Shown one piece after another: positions 26,417 to 37,990 of a stretch of 64,000 nt of DNA. Positions within the stretch are counted from its first letter, which is position 1; each line of letters begins with the position of its first letter. The notes below the pieces were generated by a model. That model made no database searches. It was not told where the DNA came from and was given only the letters and a program-made list of their open reading frames with translations. The stretch lies in assembly GCF_963506605.1 (NCBI RefSeq), contig NC_083283.1, positions 9,920,001 through 9,984,000 of the forward strand. The letters are read 5' to 3'. The position numbers were made by a program, and so were the translations under genes. The DNA comes from Zootoca vivipara. Lineage: Eukaryota.

Positions 26417-27070
26417 TTCCTTTAACAGAGATATTTATTCAGACAACCACCCTTCTAGTGCATAAATCATTTTATCCCTTTTACAGGTGGGGTAACTAAG
26501 CACAATAACAATCTTGGCCAGAAAAAGTTACAACCAAACTGCGTCCTAACTTATCACAATTTAGAGATCCAAGAATCAGGTAAACAAATATATTAAATAA
26601 ATGATAACAAACACACCCTGCCTCAAAATCCAGTCATCCCAATTCCCTAGCATGGCATAGATTTCAATAACTCCCTGCTCCTTGTACAAATGTCATTCAA
26701 TCTTACTAGACCACATTCATTTAAACTAAAAAAAAAACCCTAACAACAACCCTCCATACTGCCATAGTCAGCTGCTGGAATACCATGAGAAACTATTTCT
26801 TTGCTGTTGAAACCCTCCCCCACCCCACCCCCGCGCCTAAAAATACTTAACAAACCAACTATATCCTACATATAGTTCCACCTGTGCATCCGAAGGGGCT
26901 GTTTTTTCACTCATCTTGTTAACATATTCAGTGGATGAGTGGGCACAGATACACGGCTTGGGGGATTTCTTTCAAATATGTGGTTTATGAATATCCAAGT
27001 AAATAAATAATATTGGGTCTAATAACGCTTCTTCACTGGAATTATGTAGAACAGAAGTAAATAATTCTAG

Positions 27071-27195
27071 TTACAGGTAGGTAGCCGTGTTGGTCTGAGT
27101 CGAAGCAAAATAAAAAAATTCCTTCAGTAGCACCTTAAAGACCAACTAAGTTTTTATTTTGGTATGAGCTTTCGTGTGCGTGCACACTTCTTCAG
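27071..27195 (-). mobile_element. Penelope terminal-repeat fragment, inverted; hammerhead lacks its 5' helix I strand
   Basis: Reverse complement of the 62629-62750 segment. Confidence 0.82.
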
Positions 27196-27264
27196 TTGGA
27201 ATTTAAGGTGCTACTGGAGGAAGTAAATAATGTGATGCCTGTTGGACTATAAATCATTCTAGAC

Positions 27265-27503
27265 TAGGGGTCGGCAACCTAAGGCCCATGGGCCACAAGC
27301 AGTCCATGGGGGTCGTTTAACCGGCCCATGGACCCCCACTGCCCGCTTGGTCGACTCCTGCAGCCAATGGGAAGCTGTGCACGCCTCCTCCGCGCCGGAA
27401 ATAGCGTTTGCGCATTAGTGCATGCACATGCACATACTCCCGGCCCACTGTGGCGTCTGTGGTGCCGTGAACCAGCCCAAGCCACAAAACCTTTGCCGAC
27501 CCA
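27265..27503. mobile_element. hAT-type MITE inserted into an older MITE
   Basis: TAGGGGTCGGCAA...TTGCCGACCCA; 8-bp TSD TTCTAGAC (27257-27264, 27504-27511). Confidence 0.85.
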
Positions 27504-27780
27504 TTCTAGACCAATGGTCGTGCTGGCTAGGCTGACAGGAGCTGTAGTTCAACAACATTTTGGGACACAGTGAGAATCCAGAATTATGTTACCTTTCCCC
27601 TTGTCCTTCACTTATTCCCAGAGACAGGGCAGGGCCTTCATGTATCAACAGTGCCCCATCCATTTCATCAACAACTTTATTTCTGCATGTATGAGCCTTG
27701 CTACACCCTGACTTCCTGTCATCAAAAGTGATCTAATGGCTGGAGTTTGGGGTAGCACTGCATTAAGGATGTGCTTCTCA

Positions 27781-29281
27781 ATAATAATAAAAGTAATAAT
27801 AATAATTTATTTATTTATACCCTGCCCAACTGGCTGGGTTTCCCCAGCCACTCTGGGCGGCTTACAACATATCTAAAGACATAATAAAAACATCAATCCT
27901 TAAAAACTTCCCTAAACAGGGCTGCCTTCAGAGGTCTTCTAAAAGTCTGGTAGTTGTTTATTTCCTTGACATCTGAAGGGAGGCCATTCCACAGGGAGGG
28001 CGCCAATACTGAGAAGGCCCTCTGTAATTTCACTTCTCGCAGTGAGGGAACCAGCAGACGACCCTTGAAGGAGGACCTCAGTGTCCAGGCTGAGCGATGC
28101 GGGTGGAGATGCTCCTTCAGGTATATTGGGGCCAAGGCCATTTAGGGCTTTAAAGGTCAGCACCAACACTTTGAATTATGCTTAGAAATGTCCTGAGAGC
28201 CAATGAAGATCATTCTAGACTAGGGGTCGGCATGTTATATGGTCCCAGCGGCCACTCCCAGTAACCAATCTAGCTGTTGCATTCTGGATTAGTTGTAGTT
28301 TCCAAGTCACCTTCAAATGTAGCCCCTCACAGAGCACATTAAAGTAGTCCAAGCAGGAGATAACCAGGGCACGCACCAATTGGGCGAGAGAGTCTGCGGG
28401 CAGGTAGGGTACCAGATGGAGCTAGCAGACAGCTGCCCTGGACACAAAATTGACCTGCGCCTCCATTGACAGCTGTGAGTCCAAAATGACACCCAGGCTG
28501 TGTACCTGGTCTTTCAGGGGCACAGTTACCCCGTTCAGGACCAGGGAGTCCCCAACACCCACCCTCCCCCTGTCCCCCACGAACAGTACTTCTGTCTTGT
28601 CAAGATTCAACCTCAATCTGTTAGCCACCATCCACCTGCCAACTGCCTCCAGACACTCACACAGGACCTTTAGTGCCCTCACTGGTTCTGATTTGAAGGA
28701 AAGGTAGAGCTAGGTATCATCTGCATACCGGTGGACACCCAGGCCAAACCCCTTAATGATTTCTCCCAGCAGCTCCATGTAGATGTTAAAAGGCATGGGG
28801 GAGAGGACGGAGCCTTAAGGCACCCCACAAGTGAGAGCCCAGGGGTCTGAACACTCATCCCCCAACACCACTTTCTGGACACGGCCCAGGAGGAAGGAGT
28901 GGAACCACTGCATAACAGTGCCCCCAGCTCCTCTAGACAGTTCAAAAGGATGTCATGGTCAACGGTATCAAAGGCCACTGAGAGATCCAGCAGAACTAGG
29001 CAACAGCTTATACCTCTGTCCCTAACCTGCCAGAGATCATCGACCAGGACAACCAAGGCAGTTTCAGTCCCATGATGAGGCCTGAATCCCGACTGGAAGG
29101 GATCCAAATGGTCCACATCCTCCAAGCGTGCCAGGGCTTGTTCAGCGACCACCCGCTCAATCACCTTGCCCAAGAATGGAAGATTTGAGACTGGGCGATA
29201 GTTGGCCATATTGGCCGGGTCTAAATATGTTTTTTTAGAAGCGGTTTAATAATCACCTCTTTCAGCAGGTCTGGGAAGGCT
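27781..29281 (-). mobile_element. L2-clade LINE, 5'-truncated, frameshifted RT
   Basis: NYRPVSNLPFLGKVIERVV...QSGFRPHHGTETAL...LLDLSVAFDTVDH; WMVANRLRLNLDKTE; C-terminal FRRPLKAALFREVF; (TAA) tail. Confidence 0.93.
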
Positions 29282-30837
29282 TCTAGTTTTAATCACAGTG
29301 CTGCTTCTACAAATTGTTTCCAAGATCAGAAAGTGTGGGGATGGAAAGGAGGCTTATACCTCCAGAGAATCTGATGGTGTTGGCTGAATCACTCAAACTA
29401 CATAACAAAGTTTAGCTGATGATAAACTTACTATAGGTAGTAGTAGTAAATAAAAAAATAGCAAGTAAAGTAGTAAATAAATTCTGAGAAAACAAAAGCA
29501 TGCAAGAGGCTTTGGGCCATTCACCTGATATATGACAAAAACCAGATTTTCTTTTTCTGGAAGCAATATGCAAATATCTATTCAAGATATTAACAGTACA
29601 GTATGAGCCATATTTACTCAAAAGTAAGTCCTATTGAATTCACTGGGATCTACTTCCAGCTAAGTGAGGTTAGGATGGCAACCTTAGTAAATAAGCAAGG
29701 ATTTATTTAAACTGAATTGTTTTAGGTTAATGTTTCCTTTTTAAACAAAATTTGCTATGTGGATTATAATAAAAGAAAAACAAACTGTAAAGATAAAAGA
29801 GACATCAAAAAGAACTGGCTCCTAGTCAAAGAATCACAAATTCAACACAGGGCATAACAGTTGGATTTTAATTTCAAAGCAAAGGAAATTCGTGACACCC
29901 CCCCCCCCCCGTTTTTACACAGTAGGAACTTCAGTGGGCTACACAGCAAACTCTTTTCCTTCTCATTCACAAGGTAGGGTGGAGGCACCTTTTTTTATAT
30001 AATAACTCTGGAGGCACCTTTGCATATATACATCTCACAAAGCTGTAGCGTAACAATGGAACAAATCTTGAAATAGACTGTAAAGGATGGGGGAGTACTT
30101 CTGTGATGATACACCAAGAGAAAAAGGTAGACACTTCCACCTGTCTAAGAATTTAAAAATGACACTGATCATAGCCTAAAACATAAAATTAGAACAGTAA
30201 AACACGCACAGCAAGGGGAAATTGACTGTCCCTAGATCTGGAAGATCCTTTGTCAGGAAAGTGTATGAGAATTTATCCAAAATTCTTTATAGTCATGGGT
30301 CCTTTCCTACCGAAAAATGCTCATGTCTAACAGATTTACTTTTAGTAGGATCTTCAACACAATAACCCTCTACTCTACAGAAACACTTCAAATTAACTGT
30401 GTAACAGCTACATTCCAGCCTGATGTGCTGAGCTAGATGGTGTGTCCACACATGCAGGGCAAAATTTATAAGACGCCCATTGGCATAAAACCCGCAGCTC
30501 CATGTACGTTTTAGAACATCAAAAACTAAGAGACATACAATAAAATCAATAAGAAATTGCAAAAGCATCAACTACAATCAATATAATCCATCAGAAACCA
30601 TAAAACAACTACAGTACATCTTTGAGTGCCTGGGAAATTAAAAGGCTTCAAACTGGTGCAAAAAATATATAATTATATAATAATTTTCTGATAGAGAACA
30701 CAGTAAAACTGTAACTTAATTCTGAAATAATCCAAAGGATTACCACTTTACCACTTTGCCTTGTGATGCAAGCGGCTGCAATTATCCATAGGTTTTTACG
30801 ACACTTTCTATAAAATTGTCACTCCTAATTCACTATA

Positions 30838-31264
30838 CAGTGGAACCTCAGTTTATGAACACCTCGGTTTACGAACTTTCGGTTTACGAACGCCACAGAC
30901 CCATCTGGAACGGATTAATTCACTTTCCATTACTTTCAATGGGAAAGTTCGCTTCAGTTTATGAACGCTTTAGTTTATGAACAGACTTCCGGAACCAATT
31001 ACACCCATGCTTCGGGTTAAGTACGCTTCAGGTTGAGTACTCCGCGGACCCGTCTGGAACGGATTAATCCACTTTCCATTACTTTCAACGGGAAAGTTCG
31101 CTTCAGTTTATGAACGCTTCAGTTTAAGTACTCCGCAGACCGTCTGGAACAGATTAATCCACTTTCCATTACTTTCAATGGGAAAGTTCGCTTCAGTTTA
31201 TGAACGCTTCAGTTTATGAACAGACTTCTGGAACCAATTGTGTTCATAAACCGAGGTACCACTG
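30838..31264. mobile_element. Tigger-like MITE with three internal repeats of about 75 bp
   Basis: TA-CAGTGGAACCTC...GAGGTACCACTG-TA; repeated CTGGAACGGATTAATCCACTTTCCATTACTTTCAATGGGAAAGTTCGCTTCAGTTTATGAACGC. Confidence 0.88.
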
Positions 31265-31280
31265 TATTACTACAGATAAT

Positions 31281-31436
31281 CAGGGCTGGTTCTAGGTATA
31301 GTCCCTGTGGCGCGGGGCCGGCAGGCGGGGCGCTGCGTGGCAAAGCCACGCGGAAGCCATGCTGCGCGCTGCGAGGGTGCCGGAGCGATCTCTGCGCCTC
31401 AGCGCCAGGGCGCCCGACCTGCTCGAGACTGCCCTG
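31281..31436. mobile_element. CpG-rich hAT-type MITE
   Basis: CAGGGC...GCCCTG termini; perfect 8-bp TSD CAGATAAT (31273-31280, 31437-31444). Confidence 0.85.
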
Positions 31437-32483
31437 CAGATAATTAACATAATGTGGTTACTTCTAAAGTCACACAGGGAGATGGAGAACAGGAATTTGC
31501 CTTATACAAAGTCAGGCCATTGCTCCAATTAGCCTAGTATTGTCCTTGGTGACTGGGACTAAATTTCCAGGGTTTCAGAGGAGTCTCTCCCAGCCCTCTC
31601 TGGAAATGTCAGGGATTGAATCTGGGACCTGGGAGGTGCTGTACCACTGAGCTTCAACCTTGTGGGTAGGAAGAGGAGAAAAGACGAGGTGTCATACGAG
31701 TGATTTGGGTCTCCCAAGAATAAGGCAGTCCAAGGGATGCACATCAGTAACGGTTTATTAAAACCAAAATAGCCCTCGTTTAACAGAGCCAATCTGCTAA
31801 GAAAGGGAGCACATGAGCTCTCCCCCATTGCCCTCTTACTTGGGAGGGTGAAGCTCTGAAGCAGGGAGATAGCTTCCCTCTAATCCCCCATATATATTAG
31901 AACACTGGAAACAGTGATGGGGCAGACCTACCATGCTTGTTTCCCTGACTGCATGCCGCCCCCCCTTTGATGTTAATGTAACACTGAAGAAAAAATCTAA
32001 AGGGCTAATATGCAACATATATGTAAGTAGATTTTATTAAAGACCTTTGTTTCCATACTCAACCCTACAAAAATCAACAAATCCTTCATACTATAAAAAT
32101 AAGAAAAGTCCCGCAACCCAGACCTTTCCTGCTGCTTAGTTCCAATATCTGATCTATTTAATTTCTGCCAATTTACAGCCACAGCTATTTTATTGCACTG
32201 TGGGGGTTTTTTATTAATGTGGGGGTTTTTTTGTACACTGCCTCAACAATGTTATGAGAAGCTATTTTAAAAGTATCTTAATAAATAAACAAACAACCCC
32301 CTCCTAAAGGCAGAAAGGGAAGGGAATTTGTCATGGGGTGAGGACACATCCCAAAGTCTCAGGGCAATCACTGTGGTTGACCTCAACTAAAACACTGAAG
32401 TAGAACCTGATTTGCAGGCTGCAGATGGCACAGAGAAACAAAATATCTGCGTTGTGAGCCTCAGGCTGTCTAGTTTTAAGAGT

Positions 32484-32835
32484 TAAAACCAGGCCCCGGT
32501 CCTGTACACCTGAAGGAGCATCTCCACCCCCATCATTCTGCCCGGACACTGAGGTCCAGTGCCGAGGGCCTTCTGCGGTTCCCTCGCTGTGACAAGTGAG
32601 GTTACAGGGAACCAGGCGGAGGGTCTTCTCAGTAGTGGTGCCTGCCCTGTGGAATGCCCTCCCATCAGATGTCAAGGCAATAAACAACTATTTTACTTTT
32701 AAAAGACAACTGAAGGCGGCCCTGTTTAGGGAAGTTTTTAATGTTTGATGCTGTATTGTTTTTACTATTCGGTTGGAAGCCTCCCAGAGTGGCTGGGGAA
32801 ACCCAGCCAGATGGGCAGGGTATAAATAAATAAAT
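32484..32835 (+). mobile_element. L2 LINE 3' fragment
   Basis: Same 3' end as 27781-28150 in opposite orientation, (TAAA)n tail. Confidence 0.88.
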
Positions 32836-33465
32836 AGACTACAAATTGGGCTAGGAAACAAGCAGAAAGCCAGTGCAACTGGTACAGCACAGGCTGACCA
32901 ACCACTCATCTCCCAAATTTCATTAGGAGACAGACAGCATTATTATTCACCAGCTGTAGTTTCTGAGTGATCATCAAAAGCAGCTCCTAATCTTCCAACA
33001 TGCCACCTTCAGTGCAACTCTAATAACTTCAGTCTACCAAGTTAATGATTCCCGCTACAACCCTATCAAATCTCATTGTTCATATCCATAAATATTGCCT
33101 ATTATCTAGTGTCAAGGTATAAAAGTGTTATTTGCTGAATTGCTAGTAAGGAATTTCTCATAGGAAAGGAAAAAAACACATTCATGTGACACCAGAATCC
33201 ACCAATGCACTTTAAAACAATCAACCAACACGTAAACCTGTGGCTTATTTTAGTTGTAAGAACTATTTTCTGAACAAGTTCTTTTCAAAAATTGTCCCAG
33301 TACCTTAACAACTCTTTTTGGAAGAAGTGATCATATTTTAAGTTAGTTTATGAACAAGGAATGAAAATGCATATAAATGAAAACAGAAGTTCAAGGCACA
33401 TCCATCATGCATCAAGTGTGAAATAATTTCTGATCTAAATCAGGCACTGACATCAACTTTCATAC

Positions 33466-33548
33466 CATTTTTGTAGGTAATCAAGTGCTTCCAAACGGGC
33501 ACCAATCTCAAATGTGATCCCAGGACGATTTGGAGGCTTTCTGCTCAT
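33466..33548 (-). CDS. PHF20L1: PHF20L1 first coding exon ([28 protein letters not shown]); whole exon 33466-33579
   Basis: ATG at 33548; ttctatag| acceptor at 33580 and TG|gtatga donor; N-terminus matches recalled [28 protein letters not shown]. Confidence 0.97.
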
Positions 33549-34114
33549 CTTGACAGCTTCTACTCCTCTCTCCTCTTAGCTATAGAAAGAAAAAGAAAGA
33601 AAAAGTGTTATTGCCACAGAAAATATTGTTTAAGATGATATTCCTGTATTTGTCCTGTAGACAGTTGGGCCACAGTCAAAAAAGCAGCAAATCGAACACT
33701 AAAAGCATATGCATGTTTACTCAAATGTCCTGATGAAGATAATGACGCTTACACTAAGGTGAGTGGGTGACAGATTGCAGTCTTAACCCAAAAACTGTAG
33801 TACTGATTAGTTCCTAAAGTCTGATGGTTAGTGATAGGGCAATCATGTAATTCTCACGTAACTAGTGTATTTCTTAAAGCAGGAAACCATGTGAGTTAAC
33901 ACTCTAGTGTTATTACGGTATCTTTATCAATTCAGAAAACTGAATGCAGAACACAAACCTCGCCTGCTTAGGGGGCCTCAGAACTGATACATGCAACTTT
34001 CCAATGCTTGCTATCTACTGCATATACAATCCCATACACATTAATCCAGCTTGCCACAGAAAGGGTTCCCGTGGCAGAAGGTTGCACTTAACTCAACAGA
34101 CCGGGCAAAATGTA

Positions 34115-34305
34115 CTGTATTTTCCAGCGACTGGGCGGAATAAGACGACTGGGCGTTTAAGACGACCCCCAACTTTTCCAGTTAAAATATAGAGTTTGGG
34201 ATTTACTCGCCGTATAAGAAATTTCACCCGGCGTATAAGACGACCCCCAACTTTTGAGAAGATTTTCCTGGGTTAAAAAGTAGTCTTATACGCAGGAAAA
34301 TACAG
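34115..34305. mobile_element. Tc1/mariner/pogo-type MITE
   Basis: TA-CTGTATTTTCC...GGAAAATACAG-TA. Confidence 0.82.
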
Positions 34306-35729
34306 TACAGTATGTATCTCTGAGCAAGATCTTTCACTGAACTGTTACTGTGTCAATGACTTAGGTGGAATGGTGCAAGCACTCAGAAGGTCGTAGTCCT
34401 CCGAGTCCACCACAGGAGATCCTGTAGGAACTTGGATTCAGAGGGTCCAGCATAACAATCAGCAGAACCCAGTTTTCCTGGGAACCCAAACTCCACCATG
34501 CATTACCTAAGGAGTCATGGCAATCGGTGATCTCCAGGTCACAGTTGATACTAAGGGCAAAGACTTCTAGACACAAGGAACATAGGAAGTTGTCTTATAC
34601 CAAATCAGAAATTTGCTCAATCTAGTTCACTATTGTATATATGGGCAGTGCTATCTAGGGTTTCAGAGAGGGAGCAGGAGCCAGGAATCGAACCTGGAAC
34701 TTTCTGCATGCAAGAAAAGTATCTTAACACTGAGCCATAATCCTTGTCCTCAAAAAAAGAAATAAAAGTCTACAGCCCCACTCTGTAGGGAATGTAACAT
34801 TCTCACCCTTGCCTTGGCCTAAGCACTACAACAATTAAAACCATAGTCCCTACCAACTTGAACTTAAGTCCCAAACGTGCTTTAGAAAAAAGCAGTGTGT
34901 TTATAAATAAGCCCATATTTCAGACAATAGCTTTCTACGTAAGTCAATTTGTGCAAAAATCATCCTAGCTAGAAAGGAAACTCCACTGGTAAAAACACTC
35001 TTTAGGGATAAGTGAGAATGCATGCTTTAATTTTAATTTTTTTAAATAGAGATCATCTTTCTAATAAACAACTCTTCCTTGTTTTACTCTGCCCAGTTTT
35101 TAATAACCCCCAATACCTCTCTGGCTGCAACCCCAATTGGATGTGACTAAATTCATGGCCACCTACACAGCCTCTGGCCAGATGAGATTTCCCACAAATA
35201 TATATTTATGGGGGGGGGGACAAAAACTTTTGGGGGTTCCAGAACTATCACAGCGACTTAACATTTATTTATTTTTTAAAAAACGAAAACCATCTTTAAG
35301 TTAAAAACGAAAAACAGCTTTTGACATAGTAGAACATGAGCGGTGCAGTGGGGCTTCCCTAAACAAAGAGTGGAATTCATTTAGGGCGAAAGGAGGGCAA
35401 AACTATCACATAAGGCACTTCGGGGCATGTGCAGAATGAAAGGGGGGACACACACACAAACGCAATTCTGTCTTTGCTCAGGGCGCTGTATTACCAAAGT
35501 ACTCTCCGGTTACAGTAACCCTGCAACTTGGGCTCGCTTAACTCATGTGCATTGTATTCTTTATTGAGAAACTGGAAAGGGTCTGAGGGTGTCTCAGGGG
35601 AAAACCCAGTGCATTTTGACTGTAGGCGGCTTTTGGCACGACCCCCCGGGGAGCACCTCATTGCCTGCACTGATATCATGCCGCCTTTCTCTCCCAAGGA
35701 ACTCAAGGCGGTCCTGCTCTCCGCTCCGT

Positions 35730-36790
35730 CCCCTCAACAACCCTGTGAGGTAGGCCGGGCTAAGCACCCGCCCTCCTTCTCCCTCCAGCGGAAATTGCGG
35801 GTTCGAATCCCTCCGCGAGCCCCGAAGAGGCCGCTCCGCTCCCCCACGGCCTCCCTTGAGAGGCGAGGGGGGGCCTAGAGCCCCCTCCGGGGCAGGTCCC
35901 TGGCGCGGGCGCGGGCGAGGGGGAGCCCCTTCGTGAGGCACCGGTGGGCCTCTCTTCCCCTCCACCGGAGGCCGCAGCTGAGGCGGCGCTCTAGGGCCTG
36001 TCCGCCTGCGGGGCGGCTCCGGTCTGTCCTTACCCGCGGGCCGCTACCAGGCCCCGTCGGGGCAGCGCGGCGTCCCTTCTCGCTTCCCCCGGAGGGAAGG
36101 CCCTCAGCAGCAGCAGCAGCGCCGCCGCCTCCGACCCGTTTCTTCCTCCTCAGCGGGACCCATCGCCAGTCTTCTCCCGGCCCCGCCTCTCGCGTCCCAG
36201 AGACGGCGCGTTCGCGTCACTGCTGCGCGACGCAAGGAGACGCCGTCTTCCCCTCCCCTTTCCGCCACCATCACGTGACGCCAACGCACCCACCCGACAG
36301 AGGGAGGGAAAGTGGTAAGAGCCAAAGCGGGCAGGTCACCGCACGCCGCGGAGGCGCTCTAGAACACTTCCGGCTGCCGATCGAAGGCAGGGTGGGCAAG
36401 TTTTGAAATGCGGGCATAGCCAGAGATGGCGTGGGGTTGCTGGTTTTGTTTTGTTTTGAATAAATGCCTGCGCAAGCGAACGGCACAAGGAGAGGGTGCC
36501 GGTGAGTGGCGGAGCTTTAGCCGCTCCACTCAAGTAGAGGCGGTCGAGAGGAAACCAGGAGTGGCGGCTGCCCGCGCCGCGTTTCTCCTCTGTCCACTTT
36601 GGCCGTGGCCTGGGAGCCCTCGTGCGGGGGCGTCGGATTACACGCCCTGGATGGGGTCCTACGTTGGACGCAGCCGAGGAGGGTTTGCAGGCAAGGGAGC
36701 TCCGCATTTGAAAGCGGCCGATTGCTTCTTTTCGCCTCTAAAAGTTTAAAGCGGCCAAAACACTTTCCCAAAGGTCCTGGAGCGCCTAAG
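35730..36790. promoter_or_regulatory. CpG-island promoter of PHF20L1, probably bidirectional
   Basis: High GC/CpG content; E-box/CLEAR-like ATCACGTGAC at 36270-36279, ETS ACTTCCGG at 36366-36373; strong splice donors pointing both ways (36033 minus, 36502 plus). Confidence 0.88.
36034..36300 (-). other. PHF20L1: PHF20L1 non-coding exon 1 (TSS approximate)
   Basis: CGCGG|gtaagg donor at 36033 inside the CpG island, upstream of the ATG-bearing exon. Confidence 0.7.
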
Positions 36791-37067
36791 CTTTAAAGAG
36801 GAGTTGTCATCATCGTTATTTTTATTATAGATTTGTTTATTGTTTATACCCCTTTTCCCAGGCAGGGATTCAAGATGGCTTGCAGGTAAAAATAAACTGC
36901 TGAAAACATTGATAGAACTATGAGCATGCACACAATTAAACACTTTTATAAACACACACATATAATCTATTAAAACCATACCAATAATTACAGTAAAAAC
37001 AATGGCACCAGCCCTTCCATTAGAACCACCCTGAGATCTCATGAATTGTGGATTTACAAACATAAAT

Positions 37068-37425
37068 AGGTAATAAAGGTAAAGGATACTTGGATGGTTG
37101 TGTCTGGTCAATGGTGAGTGTAAGGTGTGGTGCTCATCTCGCTTTTCAGGTCGAGGGAGCTGGCGTTTGTCCACAGGCAGCTTTCCAGGTCATGTGGCCA
37201 CCATGACTTTTGGTGCAGCGGAACACTGTGACTAGGGGCAGAGTGCACGGAAATGCTGTTTACCTTCCTACTGCGGCGGTACCTATTTACTATATGCACT
37301 GCCGTGCTTTCGAACTACTAGGTTGGTAGGAGCTAGGACAGAGCAACGAGCTCACCCCGTCGCGGGGATTCAAACCACTTGACCACCTGATCAGCAAGCC
37401 CAAGAGGGTCAGTGGTTTAGGAACC
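37068..37425 (-). mobile_element. Sauria SINE, diverged
   Basis: (AAAGGT) tail and body homologous to 19878-20267. Confidence 0.88.
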
Positions 37426-37762
37426 ACCCACATACCGTACAAACTTTAATAATAATAATTAGCAGCAGTCAGTTCCAGAAGCCAGCAGAAAGCCAGCAAG
37501 CAAGGAGCCAGTCTGGCCCCCACAAAAATATAGTCAACAGCTGATTTTGAGGTGGGTAAAACAGGTGAGAGATACTCTCTGTCAATTTGGTCCAACCTTG
37601 ATGTTGGAGCTGATAAAGCTATTGGTTGTAGCCAACTAAGTTTTACTCAAAGTAGATGTGCCAATATTAATGAACCCAAGCTAGTCATGCCCATTAAATT
37701 TCAATGTGTCTACTCTTAAGTAGGAGTCACACTGGCTACAGCCTTAACAGTTCCACCAGACT

Positions 37763-37990
37763 ACAGTGGTACCTTGGGTTACAGACACTTCAGGTTATAC
37801 TCTTAAGGTTACAGACGCTTCAGGTTACAGACTCCACTAACCCAGAAATAGTACCTCGGGTTAAGAACTTTGCTTCAGGATGAGAACAGAAATTGCGCAG
37901 CGGCGGCAGCAGGAGGCCCCATCAGCTAAAGTGGTACCTCAGGTTAAGAACAGCTTCAGGTTAAGAACGGACCTCCAGAACGAATTGTAT
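37763..37990. mobile_element. Tigger-like MITE, partial
   Basis: TA-CAGTGGTACCTTGGGTTAC start with internal CAGGTTA repeats. Confidence 0.7.

Noticed and set aside
30900-31220. Three repeats of about 75 bp with variable spacers, superficially CRISPR-like
   Set aside because: Internal repeats of a TA-flanked Tigger-like MITE in a vertebrate intron; spacers are related to each other and there are no cas genes.
35528-37174. Many 70-157 aa ORFs across the PHF20L1 CpG island
   Set aside because: Expected from stop-poor GC-rich DNA; Pro/Arg/Gly-rich with no recognisable family. Only the 36426-36501 segment is kept as a speculative exon.
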